A stretch of DNA of 63,858 nucleotides, filler included, from Licmophora abbreviata (lineage: Eukaryota): NCBI GenBank assembly GCA_900291995.1. It is 11 parts of 11 records of this genome, joined end to end, with 100 filler letters (N's around TTAATTAATTAA, not from the genome) between each part and the next. Parts side by side here need not be neighbours in the genome. Positions count along the whole stretch, not along the records: positions 41,393 to 50,829 come from OLMU01001351.1; positions 50,930 to 60,007 come from OLMU01001352.1; 9 more parts are not named here. The stretch is one strand, 5' to 3'. Numbering within the stretch: position 1 is the first letter of the stretch; every line of letters starts with the position of its first letter. Below the pieces are notes generated by a model. It ran no database searches. It had not been told where the DNA came from and saw nothing but the letters and a program-made list of their open reading frames with translations. Made by a program: the position numbers and the translations under genes. Shown in pieces: positions 46,776 to 60,107 of the stretch.

Positions 46776-49700
46776 ATGGATTACTACGATTTCTTTGGGG
46801 GGAATTCGACGGACGATGACTTTGCCTCCAATTTAAAACCCGCTTCGGACATTTCAGTGGACACTGTCATGGCATCGCTGTACTTTAACTTGGCAGTTTG
46901 CGCCGTCCTGATGGCAAGCTACGAAGTACTCCGACGCCTACTCCCCAGTGTGTACAATGCTCGAAGGCAACCACAGCAGCAGCGTCAACAGCAGGAGGCA
47001 AATGGACGTCTTGGTCGCCCCGATGGTTTGTATAGAGAACCATCCTTGGCTGCGTTTTCGGATGAGTCGTTGCTGCCACTCAACTGGGTCGGTCCCGTCT
47101 TTGGAGTACCGTGGTCTAAAGTGCTCAATATCTGTGGTTTGGATGGTTATTTCTTTCTGCGATACATTCGTATGTGTGTCCGAATTACGAGTGTTTCGAC
47201 CTTTTGGGCTGCCGTCATTTTGATACCCGTCTATATGACGGGAAACAAAGGAGCACAGGGCTGGTACCACCTCAGCATGAGCAACATCGATAGCAACACT
47301 TGGAGAATGTGGATACCTGTCATTTTCATGTACCTCATGACGGGGTTCTGCTTCTTTGTTATGAAACAAGAGTTTCGTCATTTCATTGAGCTACGAATGG
47401 ACTTTCTAGCAAGAGGCGAGAAGAGCATTCATCGTCAGCAGCCATTTTCAATCTTTGTGGAGAATATTCCCTCTGAGTTGAGGAGCGATCGTGCTCTTTT
47501 TGACTATTTCAACAAGCTGTTTCCAGGAAAAGTACACTCTGCATGTGCTCTGTTGCACTTGCCAGATTTAGAAGCTATGGCAGAAAGTCGACTACGCACT
47601 GTTCATCGGTTGGAGAAATCTATCGCCTTTTTTAAGGCGACACGTCAACGCCCGACACACATCATGGGCAGGAATCGACTCGTCTGTTGTGGTATACACA
47701 TGGGACCGCTTGACTACTCATGGTACGCAAAACCAGTGCTTCAAGTAGGGATGGAAGGTGAACTTCCCGAACGAGGCTCGCGTGTCGATGATATTTCGTA
47801 TTATACGCGCGATCTAGCCGATTGCAATCGTGATGTGTATCTCTTGCAGCAGCACAAGACAGAGGTGGCTCAGTCTGGCAATGTCTCGGTACGTGCTAAC
47901 AACTGGTTCACCAGCATGGTAGAATATGCCCAGGACGCGGCCTCGCAGATTTTGGAGGATTCCTTGGAGGACAACAACTTGGTATCTGAGAGACTAGATG
48001 CTCCGCGATTCGCTGACCGCGTACCGCAGGTTGACCAAATGAAATCCCACTATGGTTCATTCGGCGCTCCGGAGCGAGTCTCCACCCAAGAAGAATCACT
48101 TTCTTCTTACCCAGAGAAGGTGCAGTCGGTGAGCTGGCGTGGCGATGACACCGGAGACGATGACAGGAGGGCTCGACTCGTATTGGATGACCGATTGGTA
48201 GGTACCTATCTCGATGTTCGCCAATATCTCAACTTGATATCGTTCTTACTTTTTCACGAGTTCTTGGTTACCTCAGCCTCGGCTAGAGGGGAATGATTTT
48301 TCTTTCGCCGCCCCGGGAGGCAGGAAAACGGATAGTGGCATACTACGCAGGATAGCCGGGAGAATAGGTCTTGACTTTGCTGTCGCCGGGGTAAAGTACT
48401 TCACGAAACAGATGGGTACGTTGCACTCAATCTTGGACGCCGCCTTTTGTCTTCTAGGTACAAGCTCATCAATTTTCTTTTTTTTATTCTTCTAGACGTC
48501 GTTGTTGAGAGTGTTTCTGGGACCACCATGTCATCATGCGGTTTCGTCACATTCCTTGACCATGCTTCTGTCACAAGCGCAGTCAGTGCGCCTCTTACAA
48601 CCAAACCGAACGTTCTTGCCGTGTCGGTTGCCCCGGAGCCAAGAGATGTCCGATGGAGCAGCATACACGTCGACAAGAGACTCCTAGAGCGACGGGAAAT
48701 CTTTGCCAATATTCTTCTGTACTTCCTCGTCGTTCTTTGGTCTTTTCCTCTTGCGGCGATTCAGGCCTTCGCTACTGCGGAGCGATTGGCGCAGATACCA
48801 GGAATGGTATGGAGTTTTTCGCCAGGCGAAGTATTGAGTCTGCAACTAGTCATTTTCAGGTTTCTCACATCTTGCCCTTCCTCTCCTTGAATAGGAATGG
48901 ATTCTGACGTTCAATGGGGGATCATTATCGGCGTTTATCAATGGCTATCTCCCTGTTCTCGCGTTGCTTGGGCTCATCCTGATTCTCCCATTCATCTTTC
49001 AAGGTAAGAAAGCGTCGCCGATTGTGGTCCTCGGCACAAGACTTCTAGTCACAGTATGATTGACAACGCTCCTTTCACTCGTCACTTCTTCGATATCCAG
49101 CGATCGCCGTGGGATACGAAAAGCGGAAAACGTTTTCGGACGTGCAAGGATCCATTCTTGGGCGATACTTCTACTTTCAGGTGCGTTACAGACCGAGATT
49201 CCGCGCGTGTACGTCGGCTCCTGGCAGAAAAGGATGTCACTCACCTTGCCCCGTGTTCATCAATACTGCAGCTCGCTAATATCTACATTACGGTAACTGC
49301 TGGTTCACTCTGGAGATCGCTTGCCGGTATTATCAACCATCCGTCAAGCGCGTTAGAATTGTTGGGCGAGAGCCTCCCCACGATGGTAGGGTACTTCATC
49401 TCGCTTTTGATCACAAAGATCTTTGCCGGACTTCCGATCGTTGTACTTCGCGTTGGTGCATTGAGTCGCATGGTCTTCCTCAAGACATTCTTCCTTGACG
49501 ACAAGCTCTCTCAGCGCGAGCTCGACAAGGTGTACCGACCGGAGAACATCATGTACGGCTGGGAGGTAAGTTTCCCGCTACTAAATAGCTAACGGTATTG
49601 TTCGCCACACGCTCCATGCTAACACCATTTCGTCCTCCGTTTCCTCGCTACAGTATCCTACTCAGCTATTGGTAATTGTCATTTGCTTTACTTATACCTG

Positions 49701-50396
49701 TAAGTCAAAGGTCGAACAATGGCGCTTCGTCCATCTCTCCTTTCGTATCTGACCTTTGGAGGGCTTGCTCAATTTTTCGCCATAGGTATCTCGCCAGTTA
49801 TTCTGCCCTTTGCCACGGCCTTCTTCATGATTGCGCTGGTAGTATACAAAAAACAACTGCTATACGTCTACACGCCTATCTACGAATCTGGAGGAGCTCT
49901 GTTCCCTTCTGCCTGCGACCGAACACTGTTCGGCCTAATTTGTGGACAGTGTACCCTGCTGGGATATACGCTAATTCGAGGCGCCTACTACGAACCGATA
50001 TTTCTGTTTCCTCTACCGTTGATTTCGATTTGGGGCATGCTCTACTTTCGGCAACACTACGTACACCCAAGCACGCGGTTGAGCATGGAACGAGCAATGG
50101 AGGCCGATCGAGTGTCCGACCTACGCGCCGCTGCGGCAGCTGGCGAATCAGAACCCGCAGGTCAAGCTGTGGAGAATCGACGGCACGAATTTGACCACGA
50201 CGCATATAGGCAGCCTGTCTTGACAGTGCGAGCCATGATGCCCCTGCCGTATCGACGCAACATGCCAGACGCAGAGACGGAAGCAGTCAAAGAACAGCTC
50301 GCCAGCGTGAATCGCTTCGTCTTCATGACTGACGATGAAGCACTGGAAATTCGAGAGACGGGGGAGGCGACGCTTGACTCCATCAAGTTGCGTTGA
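46776..50396 (+). CDS. OSCA/TMEM63 (CSC1-like) mechanosensitive cation channel, ~8 exons
   Basis: GLDGYFFLRYIR, SIFVENIP, CGFVTF, APEPRDVRW, YPTQLL, ISPVILPF and KQLLYVY. Introns ~48198-48276, ~48416-48496, ~48807-48895, ~49004-49100, ~49180-49271, ~49566-49653 and ~49700-49785. Confidence 0.92.
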
Positions 50397-50536
50397 AGAG
50401 ATCACTATCTCTGCCAGGAGTGCATAGCAATTAATGATTCTACTAGAATACGTAAAACATACACAGGGCAAGATAAGGCCATCCACGTCGAACGTGGATG
50501 TTTTGCTCCTTTCTGCCCTCACGCACCAGCAAACTT

Positions 50537-50788
50537 CTACAGGACGACACAGCACCCGTCTTCCGCTGACGGTCCAGCGGCAGTATGATAGGCGTTTTGT
50601 TCCACTGATGCCCCCTCCTTGACGATGAATCCATCCTTATTTTCGGCTTTTTGAATGGTAGCAGCGATCCGTTCGCATGAGCCTTTGGTAGTACTCTCGG
50701 CAGCCTTGACTCCTTCCACGCATTTTGTCATCAAAGCCACGTCGGCTTGTAGATTCTCCAGCTCTGCCGACCCACCGATTTCAGACAT
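50537..50788 (-). CDS. Probable heterotrimeric G-protein gamma subunit
   Basis: 83 aa. N-terminal amphipathic helix, SCERIAATI helix, DGF (DPL-like), NAY (NPF-like) and C-terminal CCVVL prenylation box. Confidence 0.65.
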   Translation of the reverse strand: MSEIGGSAELENLQADVALMTKCVEGVKAAESTTKGSCERIAATIQKAENKDGFIVKEGASVEQNAYHTAAGPSAEDGCCVVL

Positions 50789-51090
50789 GGTTCAGTATCG
50801 TAAAGTAAAGAAGCAAGCAAGCGAAATAGNNNNNNNNNNNNNNNNNNNNNNNNNNNNNNNNNNNNNNNNNNNNTTAATTAATTAANNNNNNNNNNNNNNN
50901 NNNNNNNNNNNNNNNNNNNNNNNNNNNNNTCCACTATGTCGCAATGATGTCGTATCCATGTCGCACACTCACTCGAATGATTGTTTCCCAGACGCAGTTT
51001 GAATGACCACTCATTCTGGACCTAGCTGGGCACCAACGACTACCGACAAACCCTTTCGATTCTATCAATCCAACAAAACTAGTGAATGAA

Positions 51091-52762
51091 CTAAATTTCA
51101 CACTTACAGCGGAATCCCCTAAGAAATGCGCCCGGAACCATGAGCTCCTCTTCGGTCAATGGAGCACATCGACAGCTCGACGGCTTGGGACCCTCGATCT
51201 TCCCCAACTCGTGCAAGTACATTCCAAGCACCTTGATGGCATTGATCATGTTGATGACATTGTATTTTTCATTCTGCGAATGCGCCATGTCATCGCAAGC
51301 TCCGACCGGGAGCAATAGAACATTCATGCCCGTGGCATTCTCGAGAGCTTCTGTAATAGGAATGGATCCACCCTCACGGGTGAAGTCAGGTTTCACGCCA
51401 TAGACACGTTCGGTGGCGTTCGCCGCAGCGTCGTAGTTTGGGTGCTTAGGATCGGCGAGCCAAGGTTTACCGCCGTGGATCATTGAAACGCTCATCTTGT
51501 TGGGAGAGCCGAGCTGAAAACAACACACGGTGTGCGATAAGACGAGTTAGAGCCGGAGTCCAAGTATGAACGGCCTCAAAAACGGGATAGTTCCAACCAT
51601 AGTAGAAACGCACCTTTGCGAACTCGCGATTCAAATGATCCTCGACCACTCGCTCTATACGCTTGGGATCTTGGTCCGGAACAAGTCGCAGCGAAAACTT
51701 GCCAATCACCTTGGCAGGAATGACAGTCTTTGCTCCGCCACCGCTAAACGCACCTTCGATGCCGTGAAGCGAGAGTGATGGATACCGCCAACGCGCCATC
51801 AAGAGAGACTTTTTGTCATCGTAGAGTAGCTTGTCGCTCACGCTTTTGACCTTGTTTGAGTCCTTGTACTCCTCGAGATCAAATTCGATCGTCTCGTAAA
51901 GGGCCTCTTCCTCCGGTGTCAGAGGCGCCACGTCGTCCATAACGCCATCGACTAGAATCTTGCCATTGGAATCAACTAGCGTTCCCATTAAGCAAACCAA
52001 ATCAGTCATGGCCTCATGGACCGTCCCACCAAAGACACCCGAGTGCAGGTCCTGCTCGCACCCCTGCACATGTAGCTCAAAGTACACGATCCCACGCAGC
52101 CCGTACGTCAGGCACGGCTTCGTCTTTCCAATCCAATAATTGTCGCTGATGCAAAAGAAATCGACGTCATTCAGGAACTTGCCTTCCTTGGATTCACTGG
52201 CGATGGTCTCGAATAACCCTTCCGAACCGTACTCTTCCATTCCTTCGTACAGAATTTTGATATTGACAGGAAGATCGACGCCCAGATCTCGATGAGCCTC
52301 TACAACCCACAACCAGCTAAGCGCCGGGCCTTTGTCATCCGTCGATCCACGTCCATAGAGCTTCTCGTCCCGAAGTGTCAGCACGAACGGGTCCGACTCC
52401 CACCCATCCTCCATCGCCGCCGGCTGCACATCCAAATGACCATACACACAAACAGTCTTTTTACTAGGATCCACCAAGAACTCTCCGAGCAGGATGGGAG
52501 GAAGCGGGCGATCCGATGTCGCCACTGGATTGTCCAACAAGGTCACACGGCCACCCAACCTTTCAATGTGGGCCTTGGTCCAGTCCATCATGCGATTGCA
52601 GTCGTCGAGATGTTCGTCCATTTCAGCCGAAATGGAAGGAATTGCGACAGCTTCACCCAGCCGATCAATATAAAGCTGCTTGTGACGATCGACATGGTCA
52701 AAGAACCGCGAAGCAAAGTCCGAAATCGGAGCATCGGTGTCAGTCTTACCAGGCGGCGTCAT
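51091..52762 (-). CDS. CNDP2: Cytosolic non-specific dipeptidase CNDP2/Dug1 (M20), 2 exons
   Basis: YGHLDVQPA, GRGSTDDKGP, EGMEEYGS, ISDNYWIG, DLHSGVFGG, REGGSIP and AHSQNEK. Intron 51514-51613. Confidence 0.95.
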
Positions 52763-53061
52763 GGTGATGTGCCGTGATGCTCGGGATTTGAGTTTAGTGA
52801 CGCAGTTCGATCTGTCACTACTAGCACAGACGATGTCATGGAATCAATCCTTTCCTACGGACACTAAATGAACTGACCACTTCCAAACTCACAACCAGGC
52901 GCGCGCGTTGCACGTGCGTGCTGTGTGCTTCGCGCGCGTCTGACCTCTCTCCCAAGTTGAAGTCAGATCAAGGAAAATGGCGGTGCCGGAAATTGACAAG
53001 AGCATCACACACAGCAGCAGCAGGCATCGTCAAAGAAAGAACGCATCAGATTTACTCCGCG

Positions 53062-53985
53062 ATGAATGGAGTAGCAAGACGTGCATGCTTGTTGGCAGTG
53101 GCCATGTGCCAGCTGTCTGTCAGTAGAGGATTTTCCATTTCAGGAACTCCATTCGGGGTGGCGACGACTAGGCGCACTTCCACTCATCGTCCTCACCGTT
53201 TCTTTATGACATCCACCGATGCTACTACGACTGTGCCTGTCGAGAGTTTCATTGATTCTGAATTGAGAGGAGCCGCCATGAAGTTACATACGAAATCGCA
53301 AGCTCCCAAGGAGGGAGAGGCCACAGAGACTCCTCCGCGAGAGCCACACGTGACGACGCACGCAGACTATCTACAATTTCTTGTCGACTCGCAACATGTC
53401 TACGAGGCCCTAGAAGACATTGTCAATGATCGGGAGGAACTACAAGTTTTTCGAAATACCCAGCTTGAGCGAACGAAACCCTTGGAAGTAGATATTGAGT
53501 TCATGGTCAAGGAATACGGATTGACGAGGCCGCAAGTGGGAGAATTCGGAATCGCGTACGCGCAGGCACTCAGAAGCATGCAGTCCGTCCCAGGTTTCCT
53601 GTGTCATTACTACAACTTTTACTTTGCCCATACGGCAGGAGGTCGGATGATTGGAAAGCAGATGAGTAAATTGCTGCTCGACGGCAAGACTTTGGAGTTT
53701 TACAAGGTACGTCCGGTGGGCCATGCATCAGTGCGTCGCCTGTTCCGATCTCCATATTTTCGTCGATTTCTTATGCCACGCATTCTTCGCTTCATTAATC
53801 CTTCTTGTGTACAGTGGGAGGGCGACTTGAATGAAATTAAAGCACGCGTCAAGGGCGACATCGAAGAGATGGTCAGTCAATGGTCGCGGGAGCACAAAGA
53901 TGAGTGTGTGGAACAAACTGCGGCAGCGTTTCAGTTCGGAGGCGGCATTAATGCCTATTTGGCGGGAGTGTATTCAACAAAGTAA
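53062..53985 (+). CDS. Plastid-targeted plant-type heme oxygenase, 2 exons
   Basis: Signal + RGFS; ELRGAAMKLHT (heme-ligand His), FLVDSQHVY and FLCHYYNFYFAHTAGGRMIG. Intron 53707-53814. Confidence 0.93.
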   Translation: MNGVARRACLLAVAMCQLSVSRGFSISGTPFGVATTRRTSTHRPHRFFMTSTDATTTVPVESFIDSELRGAAMKLHTKSQAPKEGEATETPPREPHVTTHADYLQFLVDSQHVYEALEDIVNDREELQVFRNTQLERTKPLEVDIEFMVKEYGLTRPQVGEFGIAYAQALRSMQSVPGFLCHYYNFYFAHTAGGRMIGKQMSKLLLDGKTLEFYKVRPVGHASVRRLFRSPYFRRFLMPRILRFINPSCVQWEGDLNEIKARVKGDIEEMVSQWSREHKDECVEQTAAAFQFGGGINAYLAGVYSTK

Positions 53986-54133
53986 GAATTAGAAGCACGA
54001 CGAGGCCTGGTTGTGTGGAAGTGCTGGATAGGATGTACCATAGACGGATAAATACAAGATGCGTGAGGTATACTTGAAGATACAATTATGACACGTCATG
54101 CCGTACCATGATCTCTGAGATACTGTATTGAGA

Positions 54134-57100
54134 TTATTGCACGGCACGACTAGCCATAATGCCTGTAGGTGTCAATCGGGTAAGTTCGTCCTCGTCACTG
54201 CTCGAGGCAATAAGATGATGTCTGTCTGTCAAGCCTACTGCCACGGCCTTGCGAGCTTCCTTCAGCTGACCAGTGATACTGGAGGCTTGCTTTCGTGACA
54301 TTACCGCAGCAACTAGTGCGCATGCTCTGTTGCCAGCGCTTCGCCGAGATGGTTCTGCCACCGACATGAGATGAGTTCCTAGGCATTGCACTATTGCAAT
54401 GTAGTCGCTGCCTTCTTCACTTGGGTCGCACCAGCGGTTATCCCGCCATACTTTGTTTCCAGCAGCGTTCGAACGGGCGTACTCGTCTTCCCTCGCAAGG
54501 TTGACACGCATGAGGCTTCCGCCCATCTCGTGGAACGCAGCTTTGGGATGTTGGAGCCTATGGCGCCTGCTTGAAGCACCCGAGGACTCCAACGCGGAAA
54601 GAATTGGCTTTAGCAAGAACAAAATAGCCTTCTGGCTTTCCTCAAAGCCGCCATCGACAAATACTGCACCCAAAACGGCCTCTACAACATCGGACAATAC
54701 CTTTGGAGGATCTGCGCGCGAGGAAACGAAGGTAAGCGTCGAGTAACAGTACAGCTAGGAACCTCTCGGACTACCAAGTCTGCTCACCAGTGCCCCAAAT
54801 TCCCCGCCGCTGCTCTTTCAGACTAAATTCGTATGCCTCGAATCGCGGTGGCAGACTCTGATCGCGATGATTGATATATCGGTGCATACCAGCGGTCACG
54901 CAAACATACGCAAGCGTCTCATTGGCGACCATTGCCGATTCCAATGAAGCCAATTGCCCGACCTCAAGAGACGGAAACTTTCGAAAGAGCCATTCACGCA
55001 CAACAAGACAAAGGACGGCGTCGCCAACCCATTCGAGGCGCTGATACGACGGTACCTTTTCATCCACTGCGCTGCCATGTGTAAAGGCCTCCTCGACAAG
55101 GCGGAGGTTTCCGATACGCGGTTTGCCAAGGCATTTGCTGAACAGGCTCAGCAGATCCTTTTTTGACCAGGGCTCTTGATCCATTTCATCTTTACCACCC
55201 GACTTGTTCGTACTGTCTGACAAAGATTCTTGAATGAATATCTCGGTGATGCAGTCTTCTTCGACACAAGACACCAGAGACTGGAATTCTTGGCGGGGTA
55301 CAGAGGGAGCACAGAGAAGCCCCAGCTCATGGGCCACTTGGACTGATGCCTCATAGCCATGAGAGGCGTAGACCAGGCCAAGAAGAGCTTCCACGACATC
55401 AGCACATAACTTGGTATCAGGAGACGCCGTGGTAGCAGCGTGATTCGTTCCCCTTCTCATTGGCGAATGACCGAGCTGAAGGAAAAATGGAGCCCACCTA
55501 CTTCGAGCCAGCGGCGTAGTAAGAATGTAGCGATGTATATCCAAAAGTCTGCAGACCTCCGAAAGACGCTCGTTCGCTCCCATTACTAAGATGCAGAATA
55601 CCAAGGTGAGGCAACGACAAGAGACTCTCAGGGCTTTGCGATCGCAACTACCGGATCTTACCTGAGCGCAAAAGCGACAAGTCGCCCTCGTGCAGACGAC
55701 GCACCCATCTCTTTAGATTGGGAGACTGGAGCACTGAGTCCGTCTGTACAAGTTTCAGAACTCCATCACCAAGCCATTCGAGTTTCTCATACGAACCTCG
55801 AACTTCACACGACTTTGAGGTCAGGACGTCGACAACACGATCGGTTGACTCGCGCTCAAGTGCACGACCTAAAATTGGCAGATTCGCCCTGCAATGGCGA
55901 ACAAAAGATTGAGCGGTCAGCGTTCTCTCCACGCGAAATAAGAACTGCGGCAACAGAAGAGCCAGGAGAGCAAGTGATGGATCAGCCATGGGGACTTCCA
56001 CGCATGCATGCTGCGGGAGAAGTACATTGCTTCCCCAGATCGATTCTTTCTTGCCAAAATCAGAAGCAGGTGGAGTCGACTTTGCAGTCGATCTCAATCC
56101 AACTCCCTGCCTCGAGCGCCGTTCTTCTACAAACTGGGATGGCTGGTGCCACAGTCGACGCGCCTCAAACAAAGGACAATTCTTCGACAGGCTCACGCCC
56201 TTTTGGAGGCGGAAAAAGTCCTGATAAGTAGAAACGCCCGCAATTGTCCCAGGAAATCTAGCGGCACATGTCTGAGTTGACGTGCCGTAGACGACATATG
56301 TTGCCATCATATCGTAGGTGGGCGTCCATAGTCGAGGTCGCTGTTTCTCCACAGAAGGCATGTCGACAATTTCAAGAACACTAGCGATGCGTTGACTGCG
56401 TGTACGTGAAGCGCTGCTGACGACTGCTTCCATGTATGCCCAGTCGATGACACCGCATCGATCGAGGCAACACACAGAGTGTGGTGAAACGATTGACTTA
56501 CAGAGGGCGCCACTGTGCAATTGGAAATGCTCTCGTCTCCTGCGTCGACGCCATCGAAAGTCAAAGAGCACAGACAAGAAGTGGAGGCTAAGTTTCCATT
56601 CTTCGGCGCTTACTTTGAGTGATCGCATGTTGCCAAGAGAGTACTGAATAAGTCCAAACTCCTTATGGTGATAAGAGAGGGGAGTAGTATCCCTTGGTGC
56701 ATCCTCAAGCGCAACAAAGCAGAGGCTACGGCCCTCACCCTTCAGCTCACGATGCTGGGAATCCAATGTTTCACCTGCAGTCAACAATGGCCGCAGGTAG
56801 ACCTCACGCCACCCCGTCTGAAACAGAAGACTCAAATTTGACGTGCTCGCCGCTGCAGGTTGTACCGCCTCCACGCTAGTCGATCGAAGCTTTGCCTGTA
56901 TATCCCCTCGAGTTAATGGCAAAAGCCGATCACTGAGGAGTTCGCATCTGTGCAGACGAACACACGCCATCAATGCTAGCATACGCTGTCTTTCAGCCAG
57001 TGGAGCTTTGCAGTACCTGCCGGGCAGTTCCACCTTTCGGAGAGCTGCTCGCTTATGAGAAGGACCCAGCATTTCATCATCTACATACAACGGCAAGTGA

Positions 57101-59784
57101 GCGGGAAGCATGAGTTGATAGCCTGTGTACACAGGCATATTCACTAAGAACGAGTCTCGCGTACTGCGGAAAGTGGCGTCGAGGGGCACCGCCATGGCAT
57201 ATCGGTTTAGTAGGGATTTGGCAGAAGCTATGTCCACAGAGCCACAAGCGGCTGCATAGCGACCATTTTTCAGTGCTTCCAGCTCGGCACTCACTGGCGA
57301 CTCTGAGCCCTCAGCGAGCGGACAACGCGAGTTGACAATACATGAGGAGCTAGATTGCGCATCGCGGAATTCAATGAAACGTTGGATTCTGCTCTCCAAC
57401 TGCCTTGCTGCCAGTAGCGAAAGTTTACGCTCATCTCTGATATCAGTGGTGTCCCTGAAAACGTAAAATCTGGCATCCTTCTGGCGAGCACGGCCTTTCA
57501 TCTGAATGTATGCTTTCGTGCTCTTCAGCGAATCGAACGCAACAACAAAGGAGCACGCTTGTACATCGACGCCTTCCTCCGCAATCGATGTAGCTATCAG
57601 CACATTTATATCCTTCTTTCTGAGAGAATGAAGCACCTCTCTAATCTTGGATTCTTGGTGTAAGGACTCCTGAAGACATTCCTCGTCTCTGTTGTCCTGG
57701 AGTCGATTTGATCTATGCGAGGCCCTAGAAAGACTTGTGGAGCGGCGCACCATTACACCACAGCGAATCGTTCTCACCGACTTGGCAGTGGCTGTGCGAG
57801 CGTCGGTTGGCCCTCCGATGAAAGTAGAATCATCAGATGACTGTCTGGTGGACATCCTGGCTGCCTGCGACGCCTCACCATAATTGAATTCATCGCTATG
57901 ATTTGGATCGTCGAACTGTCCCGAAGAACCAGTCATGCCAGTATGCGAGCCTCTGTAGGCCGCCAGCAGTACGTCGGCCACTTCCAAACCATCCGCGTCC
58001 ACGAATTGACCGTCTGGCTCTACAGGGACGTCGCAGAGTTTCTTTCTTTCCCTCAAAGTAAGATTTCCGATGGTATGCACTCTGTCACTTGAATAAGACT
58101 CGTCAATGCCAGCAGGCTCTTCTTCGGCATCCATGAATTGGCTATATAAGGTATGACCGCCCATTTCGTTGTCGAGCACTGCATCGTCGACGCTCAGAGA
58201 TGCCATATCGTTGAGAACTTTCTCGTCTGTGTGAAAAGATGCCATTTCCTCGTGATATGAGTCGTCGTCGCTCTCAGGGGCCTTCCACTTTTTGCGAGCA
58301 GAACTGCCTAGCTTCCAATGCTCTCTATCGAATCCCGCTTGCCGACGATTGAAATACTCGTGCAGCGCCAGGGCGGTGATTCTGCGATCCACAAACACCA
58401 ATCCAACCGTTTCAGTGCCGCCGTGATGTTCGATTCGCTCTTCTAGCAGTTCTTCGAGAGCCCGCATTTTATCGGTCCGGCCTCGTCGAGGACAACCCTG
58501 GGCCTGATTTTTGCAGACCATGGTAAATCGTTCCAAGTATAGCTTCATATTGCGGAATTCCTCAACAGATTCCTTTTCAAACTCGTTCCGGGTCACATTT
58601 TCGGCCAATGTCCTGACGTACAAACAGGTCGCCAGTGACCCGAGCTCCTTGTAGAGAATCTCCAGCTGATTCGCTTCCTTCCGCCGTGACCTATGCAGTC
58701 CAGATGCCTCCGACGACGGCAAGTCTTGGGGCGCTTCTGTAAAATCTTCGACACAATAGGGGACGCTGGTCTCTTGTAGACCTGACATGCGTGCTGGCGA
58801 GTCGGATTCCGAATCTTGCCCCATGTTGTTGTCCGTACCAGACAACGAGACGACTACAGCATTCAGCGTACTTTCCAGCTGAGATAGCATTTCTTCCAAC
58901 TGCTCATCGCTATGTGTCTGTTTGACATGTAGTAACGGAGACGCCGTCAGTCCCAAAACGTGCGGCCGTTCCCGTTCAGGCAACGGATGATACCACTTGT
59001 GCAAGATGGTTGCATACATGTGCTTCCCCGTGGCATAATGGCACTCGTCCAAGACTAGCAAGGAAAAGTATGAAATACGAAAGACATCATCGTAGTGCAT
59101 AAGCAAGTCATGGATTGCCCCGTGCGTTGCAACTAGTACCTGCGCCTTGGCAAGCTGTTCTCGTGCTTTCCCTGAGTTGGTCAGCGTATGACACGCCGAT
59201 TCGATGGTATAAGGTAAGTTGGCTTGAAGCGTCGTCGTATGCTGAATTGCCAAGGCGACACTGGGGACCAGAAAGAGTGTCTTCTTGTGGGGGTGAAGCT
59301 CCATAAAATGGCGAATGCACAAGAGCGCAATGAGCGTCTTGCCCTTTCCAGTTCCAAGATGCACAATGGTGTTGCGCTGCTTCGCGATTTCAGAAAGCTT
59401 AAGCTGATAGTCCCGTGGTGAACCAGATATGACCGCCTGTTGAAGCGCCTCTGTTCTTTTTTCTTCTTCTCGTTGTTTGACCAGTTCCAGTTCTCGCTGT
59501 TCCTTGGCGAGATACTCTTCATAGGCCTCGAAACCTCTTTCTCGCAAGAGTTGCAGTGGGCCCGAGAGGGCCTTCTGGAAGGAAGGAAAGACGGCGTCGA
59601 TTTCTTCCGAGAGAAATGGCTCTCGGAATAGGAACTCTGCATACCTGTCTTGTTCAAACTCATTTTGTCGAACGGAAGTATCATCCAATTCATCGTCGTA
59701 GCCAGACAGTTCAAAATCCCGCAGCATCATCGACTGATGGCCTTGTGGATTGCAAGTGTCGGCTGCAAACGCCACTTTTTTCAT
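54134..59784 (-). CDS. DCL: Dicer: DExH helicase, dimerisation dsRBD, PAZ-like region and two RNase III domains; 3 exons
   Basis: PRDYQ, LGTGKGKT, LDECH, GLTAS, ATSIAEEGVDV, YIQMKGRAR, SAKSLLNRY, LLSDRLLP. RNase IIIa EKLEWLGD/ADVVEALLG; RNase IIIb QRLEWVGD/SDVVEAVLG. Introns ~55587-55661 and ~54712-54787. Confidence 0.93.
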
Positions 59785-60107
59785 CCTCCAGACAGCATCG
59801 CGCCTTGTCGTGGACGCCTTTCTCGATGAACTGATGAAGAGTCCTCATTGTGAGCAACTCCAAGCGTCCTTGGACGACTCCGCCGCCGGCGGCGCCGTTC
59901 CACCATGGTGCAAGTTTGTACCGAGGCGAAATTTTGGTACCCTTTTCTGATTGGTCGAGCCCGTCGCGCCAAACTTCCTTTCACCTTTCGCTTCGAGCTC
60001 GTGACTCNNNNNNNNNNNNNNNNNNNNNNNNNNNNNNNNNNNNNNNNNNNNTTAATTAATTAANNNNNNNNNNNNNNNNNNNNNNNNNNNNNNNNNNNNN
60101 NNNNNNN

